Below, piece after piece: positions 13,148-26,861 of a stretch of DNA of 64,000 nt (its first letter is position 1; each line of letters starts with the position of its first letter). The DNA is from Squalus acanthias. Its lineage: Eukaryota. The stretch lies in the NCBI GenBank assembly GCA_030390025.1, contig CM059432.1, forward strand, positions 140,184,001 to 140,248,000, in the 5' to 3' direction. Under the pieces are notes generated by a model. The model ran no database searches and was not told the DNA's origin. It was given only the letters and a program-made list of their open reading frames with translations. The translations under genes were made by a program, and so were the position numbers.

Positions 13148-14155
13148 GGGCTGAATTTTAATGGGGAAGGCGGGATGGGGGCGGGAGAGGGGAGGGGGTG
13201 CTCTGAGGTGGTTCGAAAACCTGGGAGAACGGGTTTCCCACTTTAATGGCTGGGCCTGATTTGAGTGGAAAGCCTCTGTTTCCCACCTGCAGCCAGCCAG
13301 ACTGAGAGTAGGCCTGCGGAACAGGCCGCACAGAGGAGGGAGGGAGGGAGGGATCCCGTGGGGGTTGTGCCGGGAGAAGATTGAGGGGGTGGGGGCCGGG
13401 GCCGAGAGAAGATTGAGGGGTGGGGGCCGGGGCTGGGAGAAGATTGAGGGGTGGGGGCCGGGGCCGGGAGAAGATTGAGGGGGTGGGGGCCGGGGCTGGG
13501 AGAAGATTGAGGGGGTGGGGGCCGGGGCTGGGAGAAGATTGAGGGGGTGGGGGCCGCGGCTGGGAGAAGATTGAGAGGGTGGGGGCCGGGGCTGGGAGAA
13601 GATTGAGGGGGTTGGGGGGGGGAGGGGTTCTGAAGAGGATCAGGGGCTGGGCGAAGAATGGGGGAGGGAGTCCGAAGAAGATTGGGGGCTGGAGGAGCAG
13701 CACAGAGAGGGCTGTGGGGCGGGGTGGGGGGGGGGGGGAGGATCGGAGGCCTGGGGGGGTGGTCGGAGGCCTCGTGGGGGGGGGGGGTCTCCGATTGCGG
13801 GGGTTGGGTTAGGCAGGGACCCTGGATCCAGGAGGTAAGTGTAAAAGCACTTCCCTCCTGGATGCAGCAGTCCTCGCCTTGCATTAGCTGGTGGGTTTCA
13901 CGAGATGTGCAAAACCTGACCAGTTACAGTTAAACACAAGATGGAGGTTAAAGGAGAGGCTTCCAGCCTCATTATAATATTTAAATAGAGCGCCCGCCTC
14001 CTGGCAGCGGGTTGGCTGCCTGCCCACTGTCCCGCCTCCATTAAAACATGAAGTGGGCGGGTTGGAGGCGAGTTCAGGTCGGGATTCTGATTTTTAACAA
14101 TCTAACTGGCCCCACGCACCCAACCCATCCCTTTATTGAGGTTAAAATCCCCCCC
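13148..14155. mobile_element. Harbinger-type MITE with internal minisatellite
   Basis: TIR gggctgaattttaa / ttaaaatccccccc; 3-bp TSD AAA. Confidence 0.8.
13372..13612. repeat. G-rich minisatellite, unit about 31-32 bp
   Basis: gggagaagattgagggggtgggggccggggct about 7.5 times. Confidence 0.95.
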
Positions 14156-14489
14156 AAAGAGTGTGTTGAAATCAGGCCTGTCTGCTATCTCATTGGAAGA
14201 CAATAAAAGCAGGATGTTTGAGCAAAGTCATGCTAATAATTCACTAAAGAAACATGCAGAAAAGGAGCTTGCTGCCATTAAACTTTACAAGCGTGGCTCC
14301 AGGTGAATTTCTGTTCATAGAGTAAACTGTGTAATTTCCTGGTAATCAATTGCAGATTTTCATTTCATAAACTTGTAACCCACTGCACCACACTTGTGAG
14401 AATGCCATCAAGCATCAAGTACATAAACTGTCCGAGCCATTAACATCTGCCATGACACCTACCATCATTAAAAAGAGGACCATTAAAGG

Positions 14490-16266
14490 AATAAAACTGA
14501 CACCATAAAAGGGAGCATGAAAAGAAACTACAAGGGATATCCAAATCAATACAAAGAATTTTTACAGTTACATTCGGAAAAGGAGGGCGGTCAGGAGCAA
14601 TGTTGGCCCCTTAAAAACCGAAAGCGGTGATATTGTCAACGACAATGGGGAAATGGCGGACATGTTGAATAATGACTTTGCGTCAGTATTTACAGTAGAA
14701 GAAGAGGATGCCGGAAATCCCAAAGAAACTAATATTGAATCGGGGACATTTTAACGTAAGCAAAATAACAGTAATGAAGAAAATAATGGCACTAAAGAGT
14801 GACAGATTCCCCAGGGCCAGATGGTTTCCATCCCAGGGTTTTAAAGGAAGTAGGTGAGCACATTGCAGATGCCCGAACTATAATCTTCCAAAGTTCTCTT
14901 GATTCAGGAACCCTTCCTTTAGATTGGAAAATTGCTCATGTCACTCTGCTATTTAAGAATGGTGGGAGAGGAAAACCAGGGAATTATAGACCAGTTAGCC
15001 TAACATCTGTTGTCGGGAAATTGCTAGAGTCTATAATTAAGGATAGAGTGACTGAACACCTCGAAAATTTTCAGCTGATCAGGAAGAGCCAGCATGGATT
15101 TGTGAAAGGTAGGTCATGCCTGACAAACCTGATTGAATTTTTTGAAGAGGTGACTAAAGTAGTGGACAGGGGAATGTCTATGGATATTATTTGATAAGGC
15201 ATTTAATAAATAAGAGACTGTTAACTAAGGTAGAAGCATTGGCAGGATGTGACTACTGGTCCCACAGGGATCTGTGTTGGGGCCTTAACTATTCACAATA
15301 TTTATTAATGACTTAGATGATGGCATAGAAAGTCATATATCCAAATTTTCCGATGACACAAAGATAAGTGGCATTGTAGGCTCTGTAGATGGAAGCATAA
15401 AATTACAAAGGGATATCGACAGATTAAGTGAATGGGCAAAACTGTGGCAAATGGATTTCAATGTCGGCAAATGTGAGGTCATCCACTTTGGACCTAAAAA
15501 GGAGAGAACAGGGTACTTTGTAAATGGTGAAAAGCTAAAAACAGTGGGGGTCCAAAGAGACTTAGGGGTTCAGGTACATAGATCATTAAAATGTTATGAA
15601 CAGGTACAGAAAATAATCAAAAAGGCTAATGGAATGCTGGCCTTTATATCTAGAGGACTAGAATACAAGGGTGTAGAAGTTATGCTGCAGCTATACAAAG
15701 CCCTGGTTAGACCACACCTGGAGCACTGTGAGCAGTTCTGGGCACCACACCTTAGGAAGGATATATTGGCCTTGGAGGGAGTGCAGCGTAGGTTTACCAG
15801 AATGATACCTGAACTTCAAGGGTTAAGTTACGAGGAGAGATTACACAAATTAGGGTTGTATTCCCTGGAATTTAAAAGGTTAAGGGGTGATCTGATCGAA
15901 GTTTTCAAGATATTAAGGGGAACAGATAGGGTAGAGAGAGAGAAACTATTTCTGCTGGTTGGGGATTCTAGGACTAGGGGGCATAGTCTAAAAATTAGAG
16001 CCAGACCTTTCAGGAGTGAAATTAGGAAACACTTCTACACACAAAGTGTGGTAGAAGTTTGGAACTCTCTTCCGCAAATGGCAATTTATGCTAGATCAAT
16101 TGTTAATTTTAAATCTGAGATTGATAGCTTTTTATTAATCAAAGGTATTAAGGGATATGGGCCAAAGGCGGGCATATAGAGTTAGATCACAGATCAGCCA
16201 TGCTCTCATTGAATGGCGGAACAGGCTCGAGGGGCTGAATGGCCTACTCCTGTCCCTATGTTCCTA
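14490..16266 (+). mobile_element. CR1 LINE ORF2 (RT) with internal deletion and 3' UTR
   Basis: SPGPDGFHPRVLKE, NYRPVSLTSVVGK, QHGFVKGRSCLTNL, LVRPHLEHC; (ttcctatg) tail. Confidence 0.93.
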
Positions 16267-16379
16267 TATAGTCACAGGAGAGTGAATGCTAGAAAACAAC
16301 CTCGTCTTGGAGATCAGAGGACCAATTCCCCGTTTGCAGGGAACAAGTCCTTGTGATCGTGGTGCTTGCGTGAGCTACC

Positions 16380-17560
16380 AAGAACAACAGCTTGCCATTG
16401 GCGTAGAAAAATGTCCCAAGGTGCTTCGGAGGAGTGCAATCAGAGAAAAATTGACACCGAGCCAAAAAAGGAGATCTTGGCATGGGTGACTAAACGCTTG
16501 GCATAAGAGTTAGGGTTTAAGAAGGGTGTTAAAGGAGGAGAGAGAGGCAGAGAGGTTTAGGGAAGGAATTCCAGAGCTTCCTCCTTAGGGCCTAGACAGC
16601 TGAAGGCACGGAGTGAAGCAAATCGGGGATGCGCAAGAGGCCAGAATTGGAGGAGCGCAGAGATCTCAGAGGGTTGTAGGGCTGGAGGAGGTTACAGAGA
16701 CAGGGAGGGGGGGGAGGCCACAGAGGCATATGAAGACAAGGATGAGAATTTTAAAATCAAAGCACTGATAGACTGGGAGCCAATGTAGATCAGTGAGCAC
16801 AGGGGTGATGGGTGAAAGGGATTTAGTGCGGGTTCGGATACAGGCAGCAGAGCTTTGAATGAGGTGTAGTTTATGGAAGGTGGAAGAGGGGAGGCTGGCC
16901 AGGAGAGCATTGGAATAGTCATGACTCGAGGTAACAAATGCATAAATGAGGGTTTCAGCAGTAGATAAGCAGAGGTGGGGGCGGAGACAGGCGATGTTAT
17001 GGAAGTGGAAGTAGGCGGTCTTTGTGACGGAGAGGATTATGGGATCGGTGGGGTTGGTGATGTACATCGGGTATTGTCAGCGTACATGTGGAACCTGATG
17101 TCATGTCTTCAGATGAGGGCACCAAGGGGCAGTTTGTGGATGAGAAATAGGAGGGGGACAAGGATAGATCCTTGGGGGCCTCCAGAGGTAACGATGCGGG
17201 AGCGGGAAGAGAAGCCATTGCAGGAGATTCTCTGGCTACGACTGGACAGATAAGAATGGAACCAGGCGAGGGTAGTCCCACCCAGCTGGACGACGAAGGA
17301 GAGGCATTGGAGGAGGATGGAGTGATCAACCGTGTCAAAGGCTGCAGACAGGTCAGGAAGGATGAAGACGGATAGTGCACCATGATCTCAGTCACAGAGG
17401 ATGCCATTTGTGACTTTGATAAGGGCCGTTTCCGTTCTGTGGTGGGGTGGAAACCTGATCGGAGGGAACCAAACATAGAGTTGCGGGAAAGATGGGCAAG
17501 GATTTGGGAGGCGACAACATGTTCAAGGACTTTGGAGAGGAAAGGGAGACTGGAGATGGA
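16380..17560 (-). mobile_element. L2-clade LINE RT/3' fragment (decayed)
   Basis: ETLIYAFVTS, HWLPVYQCFDFKILILVF, GFHP; L2 tail. Confidence 0.85.
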
Positions 17561-18909
17561 TTCAAGGAAGTCAAGTCTGGGATGGCAGCAGGAGAGTCAG
17601 AAGGTAGAGAAAGAGTGAATGGGGTCGGGATTTGGGGTGAGAGGCGGCAAAGTACCCGAGAGGGGAGAAAGGAAAGGAGGCACGGCTGAATAACAAGAGG
17701 AAATGGGAGCGAAGGGCGCAAGAAGGGTAAAGAGAAGAGAAAGAAAAAGAGAGATAGAAGTATTGGGCTCGGTTCCGGAGTAGCAACCAAAATGAGCATG
17801 AGAATGGATACAGAGGGGTGTCCACGTGTGAGCCTAGGCCAGGGGGGCCGCTAATGCCTAATGAGCCCGGTTCCCAGCTGTCCACATTGCGTGACGCTGA
17901 AGGCTTTGGGAGTGCTGTAGGCCCCCAGGCCTCCAGAGAGCAGGAGCCTGATGTGCTTCAGCTATTGTATCATCAGCTCCAAAGGAGTGTTGAAAAGCTA
18001 TATGACTGTGCAGGGCATTGCAGCCAACCCCTGATCCTGTTCTTCCTGACCTTGCACATAAACGCGTTCCAGCGGGACTCAGGAACCATGCCTGCTTTTT
18101 ACTCCCCCATCCCTTCTGTAGCCAGGAGCAATTGCAGTTTTCCCACTGCTGTCCGAGCCAGGATCAGTTCGCTCGTCACAGTTTGGCGATTGAACGAGGA
18201 GCCTCCTGCTTTGTACCCTTGAGTACGGTACTGCTAGGCCACTTGGCCTCTCGGCCAACAGGGGAGCCCCAGCCATTGTTTTTCGAGTAATGCATAAAAA
18301 TTGTATCTGCCAACTTTTAGGTAAGAAAGTTCCAAAGGCCTCTTTGTTCTTCTGTGTTAGTCACTGATTAAAGAAAAAAAGCCTTAAGTAGTTTGTTAAA
18401 GGATCACCATCTTCGTGAAAAAGAAGTGTTTGGCAAACGGCGTTTATTTCCAAACCAGTGATGTAAATCACCCTGAATCATTTCAACATGTCAACTGTGT
18501 GTGACCATTGTGGTAAAAATAACAAATTGAACTTTATTCCCTTACTGATTAATGGTCAGTGAAGAATTCAGGAGCACAAAGTTTGAAATTAAAATTGCTT
18601 TGCACCCTTGCCAATTTTTCCCCGTTAATATTAACGAATGGTGAAAACTATACCTCACTGCTCCTTCCCTCCCAAAGAAAGGTTTGTTGAAAAGTTTTCA
18701 TTTTTTGCTTTAAATTTTTTTACTCTTTTCCCGATGGGTGATGACTCGTGCTCCAGTACGGAGATCAGGATACCTGGTAACTCGTCTCAGTAGACATTCT
18801 CCGTGCCTGAACACGGACAGAGAGTGCCAGCAGATTATCCAGCTGTGGGGGTATCGCAATCAGACCCACACTCGAGCACATGTTACTCGCACCAAGTCCT
18901 CTTCACCCA

Positions 18910-19325
18910 TTTTCTTCTTCTTCTTAGGCAGTCCCTCGGAACCGAGGATGACTTGCTTCCACACTAAAAATGAGTTCTCAGGTGACTGATGAGTCCAATG
19001 CGGGACCTACAGTCTCTGTCACAGGTGGGGCAGACGGTGGTTGAAGGGGCGGGTGGGTGGGGTGCTTGGGTTGACGTGCGCTCCTTGCGCTGCCTGTGCT
19101 TGGCTTCCGCTTGCTCCCGGCGAAGAGACTCGAGGTGTTCGGCGCCTTCCCGGATGCTTCTCCTCCACTTTGTGCGGTGTTGGGCCAGGGATTCCCAGGT
19201 GTCGGTGGGGATGTTGCACTTTTTGAAGGAGGCTTTGAGGGTGTCCTTGAAGCGTTTCCTCTGCCCACCTGGGGCTCTCTTGCTGTGTCGGAGCTCCGAG
19301 TAGAGCGCTTGTTTTGGGAGTCTCG
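18910..19325 (-). mobile_element. RTE-clade LINE 3' fragment
   Basis: (gaa)n tail on the minus strand; same sequence as 6405-6660. Confidence 0.85.
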
Positions 19326-19401
19326 TATCTTTTGGGGTTCACCCATCACCCCTGTGCTCGTTGACCTACCCTAAGCTTTGGATTTCCCTCCCAAAATCAT
19401 T

Positions 19402-21957
19402 GGGAATAGTAGCATAGTGGTTATGAAACTGGACTAGTAATCCACAGGCCTAGACTAATGATCCGGAGACGTGAGTTCAATTCCCACCATGGCAGCTGGG
19501 GAGATTAAATTTAGTTAATTAAATAAACCTGGAATAAAAAGCTAGTATCAGTAATTATCGATTGTCGTAAAAACCCATCTGGTTCACTAATGTCCTTTAG
19601 GGAAGGAAATCTGCCGTCCTTACCTGGTCTGGTCTATAATTGACTCCAGACACACAGCAATGTGGTTGACTCTTAACTGCCCTCTGAAATGGCCTAGCAA
19701 GCCACTCAGTTGTACCAAACCGCTGTGAAAAACAATAAGAATAAAACCGGACGGACTACCCGGCAACGACCTCTACGGACACGACAACGGTACACCCAGC
19801 ATTGGTCTTCACACTGAGGAAACCCTCCATCGTGTTGTGTGGCACGACCACCGTGCTAAATGGGATAGATTCAGAACAGATCTAGCAGCTCAAAACTGGT
19901 CACCCATGAGGCGCTGTGGGCCATCAGCAGCAGCAGAATTGTATTCCACCACAATCTGTAACCTCATGGCCAGGGCATATCCCTCACTCTACCATTACCA
20001 TCAAGCCAGAGGACCAACCCTGGTTCAATAAGGAGTCCAGGAGCAGCACCAGGTGTACCTAAAAAAAAAATGCGGTGCCAACCTGGGGAAGCTGCAACAC
20101 AGGACTACATGCATGCTAAAAAATGGAAGCAGCGATCCCACAATCAATGGATCAGATCAAAGCTCTGCAGTCCTGCCACATCCAGTCATGAATGGTGGTG
20201 GATCATTAAACAACTAACGGGAGGAGGAGGCTCCATGAATATCCTCATCCTCAATGATGGTGGAGTGCAGCACATGAGTGCAAAAGACAAGGCTGAAGCA
20301 TTTGCAACCATCTTCAGCCAGAAGTGCCGAGTGGATGATTCATATCGGCCACCTCTTGAGGTCCCCACCACCATAGAAGCCAGTCTTCAGTCAATTCGAT
20401 TCACTCCACGTGATATCAAGAAACGGCTGAGCGCACTGGATACAGCAAAGGCTGTGGGCCCCGACAACATCCTGGCTGTCTTGCTGAAGACTTGTGCTCC
20501 AGAACTAGCCACACCTCTAGCCAAGCTGTTCCAGTATAGCTATAACACTGGCATCTATCCGACAATGTGGAAAACTGCCCAGGTATGTCCTGTCCACAAA
20601 AAGCAGGACAAATCCAATCCGGCCAATTACCGCCCTATCAGTCTACTCTCAATCAACAGCAAAGTGATGGAAGGTGTCGTCGACAGTGCTATCAAGCAGC
20701 ACTTACTCACCAATAACCTACTCACTGATGACCAGTTTGGGTTCTGCCAGGACCACTCAGCTCCAGACCTCATTACAGCCTTGGTCCAAACATGGACAAA
20801 AGAGTTGAATTCCAGAGGTGAGGTGAGAGTGACTGCCCTTGACATCAAGGCAGCATTTGACCGAGTGTGGCATCAAAGAGCCCTAGTAAAACTGAAGTCA
20901 ATGAGAATCGGGGGGAAAACTCTCCACTGGCTGGAGTCATACCTAGCACAAAGGAAGATGGTTGTGGTGGTTGGAGGTCAATCATCACAGCCCCAGGACA
21001 TCGCAGCAGGAGTTCCTCAGGGCAGTGTCCTAGGCCCAACCATCTTCAGCTGCTTCATCAATGACCTTCCCTCCATCATAAGCTCAAAAGTGGGGATGTT
21101 TGCTGATGACTGCAGTGTTCAGTGCCATTCGCAAATCCTCAGATAATGACGCAGTCCATGCCCGCATGCTCGCATGCAGCAAGACCTGGACGACATCCAG
21201 GCAATGACTATTACCAACAAGCGAGCGGCTAACCACCGCCCCTTGACATTCAATGGCATTACCATAGCCGAATCCCCCACCATCAACATCCTGGGGGTCA
21301 CCATTGACCAGAAACGTAACTGGACCAGCCACATAAATACTGTGGCAACAAGAGCAGGTCAGAGGCTAGGTATTCTGCGGCGAGTGTCTCACCTCCTGAC
21401 TCCCCAAAGCCTTTCCACCATCTACAAGGCACAAGTCAGGAATGAGATGGAATACTCTTCACTTGCCTGGATGAGTGCAGCTCCAACACTCAAGAAGCTC
21501 GACACCATCCAAGACAAAGCAGCCCGCTTGATTGGCACCCCATCCACTACCTTAAACATTCACACCCTCCACCACCGGCGTACCGTGGCTGCAGTGTGTA
21601 CCATCTACAAGATGCACTGCAGCAACTCGCCATGGCTTCTTTGGCAGCACCTCCCAAACCCGCCACCTCTTCCACCTAGAAGGATAAGGGCAGCAGGTGC
21701 ATGGGAACACCACCACCTCCAAGTTCCCCTCCAAGTCGCACACCATCCTGACGTGGAAGTGTATCGCCGTTCCTTCATCGTCGCTGGGTCAAAATCCTGG
21801 AACTCCCTCCCTAACGGCACTGTGGGAGCACCTTCACCACACGGACTGCAGCGGTTCAAGAAGGCAGCTCACCACCACCTTCTCAAGGGCAACTAGGGAT
21901 GGGCAATAAATGCTGGCCTTATCAGCGATGCCCATATCCCATGAATGAATAAAAAAA
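19402..21957 (+). mobile_element. CR1-group LINE (family 2) with tRNA-like 5' head; EN domain deleted, RT frameshifted
   Basis: RT motifs NYRPISLLS, QFGF, ALDIKAAFDRVWH, GVPQGSVLGP, MFADD; A/B boxes at 19410-19484; AATAAA and A tail. Confidence 0.9.
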
Positions 21958-21959
21958 CC

Positions 21960-22150
21960 TCTCTGCCTCTCTACCTCTCTCTCCTCCTTTAAGACGCTAC
22001 TTAAAACCTACCTCTGTGACCAAGCTTTTGGTCACCTGTCCTAATATCTCTAAGTGGCTCGGTGTCAAATCTTATTTGACCATTGTTCCTGTGAAGCGAC
22101 TTGAGACATTTTACTACATTAAAGGTGCTATATACATGCAAGTTGTTGTT
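21960..22150 (+). mobile_element. L2 LINE 3' tail
   Basis: Ends tatacatgcaagttgttgtt. Confidence 0.8.
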
Positions 22151-22214
22151 GGATAGTGACTAGGAGCAGGGAATTATCCCTTCCCTACTTCAGGAACACT
22201 GAGGATAAATTTCG

Positions 22215-22530
22215 TAGAATCTTACAGCGCAGAAGGAGGCCATTCGGCCCATTGTGCCTGTTCCACCTCTTTGAAAGATTAGTCCCACTCCCCGTGCTCT
22301 TTCCCCATAGCCCTGCAAATTTTCCCTTTTCGAGTATAAGTTACTACTGAATCTGCGTCCACCACCCTTTCAGACAGTGCATTCCAGATCATAACAACTC
22401 GCAGCGTACAAAGATTTCTCATCATCTCCCCTCTGGTTCTTTTGCCAATTGCCTTAAATCTGTGTCCTGTGGTTACCGACCCTCCTGTAATGGAAACAGT
22501 TTCTCTGTCAAAACCCTTCTGATTTTGAAT
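22215..22530 (-). mobile_element. CR1 LINE 3' fragment
   Basis: Matches 29878-30280. Confidence 0.75.
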
Positions 22531-22879
22531 GATAAATTCTTAAATTTAACACCCTTACCACTGCCCTTGATGAGATCAGTGAACTTAGAATAGACCAAGA
22601 ACGGAGTTGGGACCCTCCTAGTCTGTATGATTCAGTTCCACCCTCATCACTGCATTTACTCACTGGGGTGTGCCCAGACTTTTTAACTCCTCAATAGCCC
22701 ATAACTGGTGGAGTTACTGTTCGTTTTGGAGTAAATCTTACATCCCAGGAACATGTTATTTTATAATAGGGCCAAAATTCCAAAGCTCTTCAGGTACATT
22801 TCCATTGTAACTCTTGTAAGAGTGAAAATGCCAGGGGCAGGAACATAGGCTGAGACCCAGGGTATGCCAGATCCCGATC

Positions 22880-24085
22880 TTGTATCCTAACTCGCACCAA
22901 GTCCCGTTAACCCATCACCCCCTGCGCTCACTGACCTACATTGGCTCCCGGTCTGACAACACCTCGATTTTAAAATTCTCATCCTCGTGTTCAAATCCCT
23001 CCATGGCCTCGCCCCCTCCCTATCTCTGTAACCTCCACCAGCCCTACAACCCTTCAAGATTTCTGCAATTAAAAGGTATGATGGTAGACAAGCAATGGCT
23101 AGCATTTAAAGAATTAATGCATAATTTGCAACAAATATATATTCCTTTAAGGCACCAAAAACCCCACAGGGAAAGTGGTCCAACCGTGGCTAAGAAGAGA
23201 AGTTAAAGATAGTATTAGATCAAAGGAAGAGGCTTATAATGTTGCCAAAAAGAGTAGTAAGCCTGAGGATTGGGAGGATTTTAGAATTCAGCAAAGGAGG
23301 ACCAAGAAATTGATAAAGAAAGGGAAAATAGAAAATGAGAGTAAACTAGCGAGGGACATAAAAACAGATAGATATATAAAAAGGAAAAGATTAGCGAAAG
23401 TAAATGTGGGTCCCTTACAGGCTGAGACAGGAGAAATTGTAATGGGGCATAAGGAAATGGCCGAGAAAGTAAACAAATACTTTGTGTCTGTCTTCACGGA
23501 AGAAGACGCAAAAAACTTCCCGGAAATGAGATGAGGAGAAATTTCTTCACTCAGAGGGTGGTGAATCTTTGGAATTCTCTACCACAGAGGGCTGTGGAGG
23601 CTCAGTCGTTGAGTATATTAAAGACAAAGATTGATAGATTTTTGGATATTTAAGGGAATTGAGGAATATGGGGATAGTGCAGGAAAATGGAGTTGAGGTA
23701 GAAGATCAGCCAGGATCTTATTGAATGGCAGAGCAGGCTCGAGGGACTGAATGGCCTACTCCTGCTCCTATTTCTTATGTTCTTAATCCTTTAATTCTTG
23801 CCTCTTGCGCATCCGCGATTTTCATCGCTCCACCATTGGCGGCCGTGCCTTCAGCTGTCTTGGCCCTAAGCTCTGGAATTCCCTCCTTAAAACTCTTTGC
23901 TTCTCTAACTCTCTCTCCACCTTTAAGACGCTCATTAAAACCTACCTCCTGCACCAAGCTTTTGGTCACCTGCCCTAATATCTCTTTATGTGGCTCGGTG
24001 TCAAATTTTGTTTGATAATCGCTCCTGTGAAGTGCCTTGGGATGTTTTGCTATGTTAAAGGCGCTATATAAATGCAAGTTGTTGC
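22880..24085 (+). mobile_element. L2 3' fragment split by an internally deleted CR1 (23063-23785)
   Basis: L2 sequence stops near 23060 and resumes near 23790; insert encodes QPWLRREVKDSIRSKEEAY and has a CR1 tail. Confidence 0.8.
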
Positions 24086-24939
24086 CCAGTAATTTCCTGT
24101 GCCTAGTTTAGAGGCTCCGCCCACTCAGAACAAGGCCACTGGCACAGAGAGAGGGCAGGACAGTGGGGGGTGGGAGGAGCGGAGGCTCCCACCATCCCGG
24201 CGTGGAATAGGCTGCCTGCCGTGCAGAGAAGGAAGCGGCACACTGCCCTTACCGATGGCGGAAGTGGGGCAATACTGGGTAGTGCAGGCCTGGTATTGTG
24301 GCCTGGATCAATGAAAAGGATCGCCATTAACCTGGCGCTGGTGAGTGAGCTGAGTTCCAGACAAATAGGAAGAGGGCAGAGTGACTGGAGGACCCAGCTG
24401 GCGGAGGTCGGAGGTCGCGGGGGTAGGGGCTGGGGGTTCACAGTCTGGTGACCCCGAGCACGGGGGAGAAAGACTGACCACCGGCACCAACGCTGCATTT
24501 TGCTGCCTCCTGGGGCAGGCTAAAGTCTGCCTGCAGAGGCGCGCCGGCAATATGCTAATTAGACATCCGACCTCTGACCCCAGCCTAGTCCGTCGGGGTC
24601 AGTACTGGAGGTCGTTGTCGGGTGCAATCCTTGCGTAAGCGCAGGAATCGCAACTGTGAGGAATTTGTTAACAAAATGAATCAGAATCTAAATTTTCAAT
24701 GCATGGTAGCAAGATCATTAGTCCTAAAGGACATGTAATTTAATGCATCAGATTAGTTTTCAAGTATCCTAATAGTCAAGGCAAAGAAAACTATTTCTAC
24801 TCCCTGTCCAAACAGCTCAGCAGTTCTCAGAATAACTCAAAAAGTATTTGAAAGCTTGTCAAAAATGTGTTGAGTCTGGGGAATTTCAATGTCTTTCCTG
24901 CTGTGGCACCTCAGCCTGGGCCTACAGCTGAGTCAGCGA

Positions 24940-26195
24940 CAACAACTTGCATTTATACAGCGCCTTTAACATAGTAAAACATCCCATGGCACTTCACAGG
25001 AGCGTTATCAAACAAGATTGACATTGAGCCACATAAAGAGATATTGGCCCTGAAATTCGCCTCTCCGGCTTGCCGCGGGGGTAAGGATCACGCGCGCACT
25101 TACCTACCGCGCCTGCCGTTGACCTCTGGGCCCACGGGAACTTCAGCTCCTGGGCCTGCTCCAAGTGCCGGCGCGCAGTGCTTGCGTGTCCCAGGGGCGC
25201 AGTTAGTGCGATGCGTCCCCTGGGATCACGTGGGCCATGGAGAGCCAATGGCAGCAGACCATCTTTCATTCATAGATTTGACAGGAAGACCTGTCAAATC
25301 TATGAATTGAAATCGGCCCCAAAAGAACAGCTAAACTTAAAATAAATTTTTTTTAAAACCATCACATTTATAAAATAACTATAAGTTAAATAAATCAACT
25401 ACTTTAAACAAAAATTTAAATTTTTGAAAAAATTAAAATACTTTTTAACAGTGCTAAAAATAAACGTACCTTTCTTTAAAGTATCTAAAAAAGATAAACC
25501 TGTTGAATTTTTTTTTTAAATTATAATTAATTAACCACTTACCTTGTTGAAAACGGGTCCTGCGCCTCCTTTTTAAAAGCGTAGGTTCTTCAATACTTAC
25601 CCTCCCGTAGAAACCTGAAAAAAAAACTAAGTTTGCTGCGTGCGCGCAGCCTCTACCGCGCACGCGGTTCACCTCTGAACCGCTCCCTTCACCAGACCGG
25701 AAGTTCCGGTTTCCCGCGCATGCGCATTGCATGCAGGAAACCGGCACTTCAGGACGCCTTACGGGTGAGTACACAGCGCGTACTCACCCGGCAAGGGCCG
25801 AATTTTTGGCCCATTAAGACAGCTTGGTCAAAGAGGTAGGTTTCAAGAAGCATCTTGAAGGAGGAGAGAGAAAGAGAGAGGCGGAGGGGTTTAGGGAGGG
25901 CATTCCAGAGTTTAGGGCCTAGACAGCTGAAGGCACGGCCGCCAATGGTGGAGCGAAGACAATCGGGGGATGCGCAAGCGGCCAGAATTGGAGGAGTGCA
26001 GAGATCTCGGAGGGTTGTGGGGCCGGAGGAGATTACAGAGCTAGGGAGGGGTGAGGCCATGGAGGGATTTGAAAACAAGGATGGGAATTTTAAAAATCAA
26101 GGCATTGCCAGGCCGCGAGCCAATGTAGGTCAGTGAGCGCAGGGGTAATGGGTGAACGGGACTTGGAGTGAGTTAGGATATGGGCTGCAGAGTTG
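24940..26195 (-). mobile_element. L2 3' fragment interrupted by a MITE
   Basis: L2 tail is contiguous across 25046-25812. Confidence 0.8.
25046..25812. mobile_element. Harbinger-type MITE (hairpin family), 767 bp
   Basis: TIR ggccctgaaattcg / cgaatttttggccc; TSD ATT; inverted sister copy at 44393-45144. Confidence 0.9.
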
Positions 26196-26861
26196 TTTAA
26201 CATATGGCTACAAACAAAATGTGCCCTTCTACCATCAGCAAATCGTCTTGCTTTTCTCCTTATCTCTCCACATGTTATTTTTGTCACTGTCCTTGGAAAC
26301 AGCCATCATTATAAACTTGGAGGAAGGGAAGATGTTTGCCCAGCAGAAAAAAAAACTATTGTGGCTGAGGGAGACATGGAAATGAAAGACTTGCAAAGAA
26401 TTCCACATCGGGATCAGATCTTAAGAGGATAAAACAGGAGGCAGTTTCTCGTATGGAAGCATTCTTCAGAGGCACTGCATGTAAAAACATATGTCAGACA
26501 GGTTTCCCAGTTGCTGTCATGTTTCCTACATTACAACAGTGACTACATTTACAAAAGTACTTCATTGGCTGTGAAGTGCTTTGGGATGTCCTGAGGTTGT
26601 GAAAGGTGCTGTAGAAATGCAAGACTTTCTTTCTTTCTTCACCTCACCACAATCCCATAACTTGCTGGAGGGAAATCATAAACCGTTATATATTAATAAT
26701 CAGACCACTGATGCTGCCTTGATTTTGGTTGCGGCACCGTATTGCAGATGAAGCATTGCTGCTCGTGCTCCCAGTGCTGCTGCTGAAGGAAATGTATTGG
26801 GATCCTAACCTACAGCACGAGCAGAGACTATAGCCATTGGTGCATCACAGAATGTCAATAG

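Noticed and set aside
13372..13612. Possible CRISPR array
   Set aside because: Head-to-tail repeats with no unique spacers, no cas genes, eukaryotic context
13158..13884. Long proline-rich ORFs (181 and 213 aa)
   Set aside because: By-product of a stop-free GC-skewed minisatellite inside a MITE
17818..18290. Cluster of overlapping ORFs, possibly a gag or ORF1 remnant
   Set aside because: No recognisable motif in any frame examined
24085..24665. GC-rich patch, possible CpG-island promoter or decayed MITE
   Set aside because: No paired termini, TSD or downstream exon could be identified
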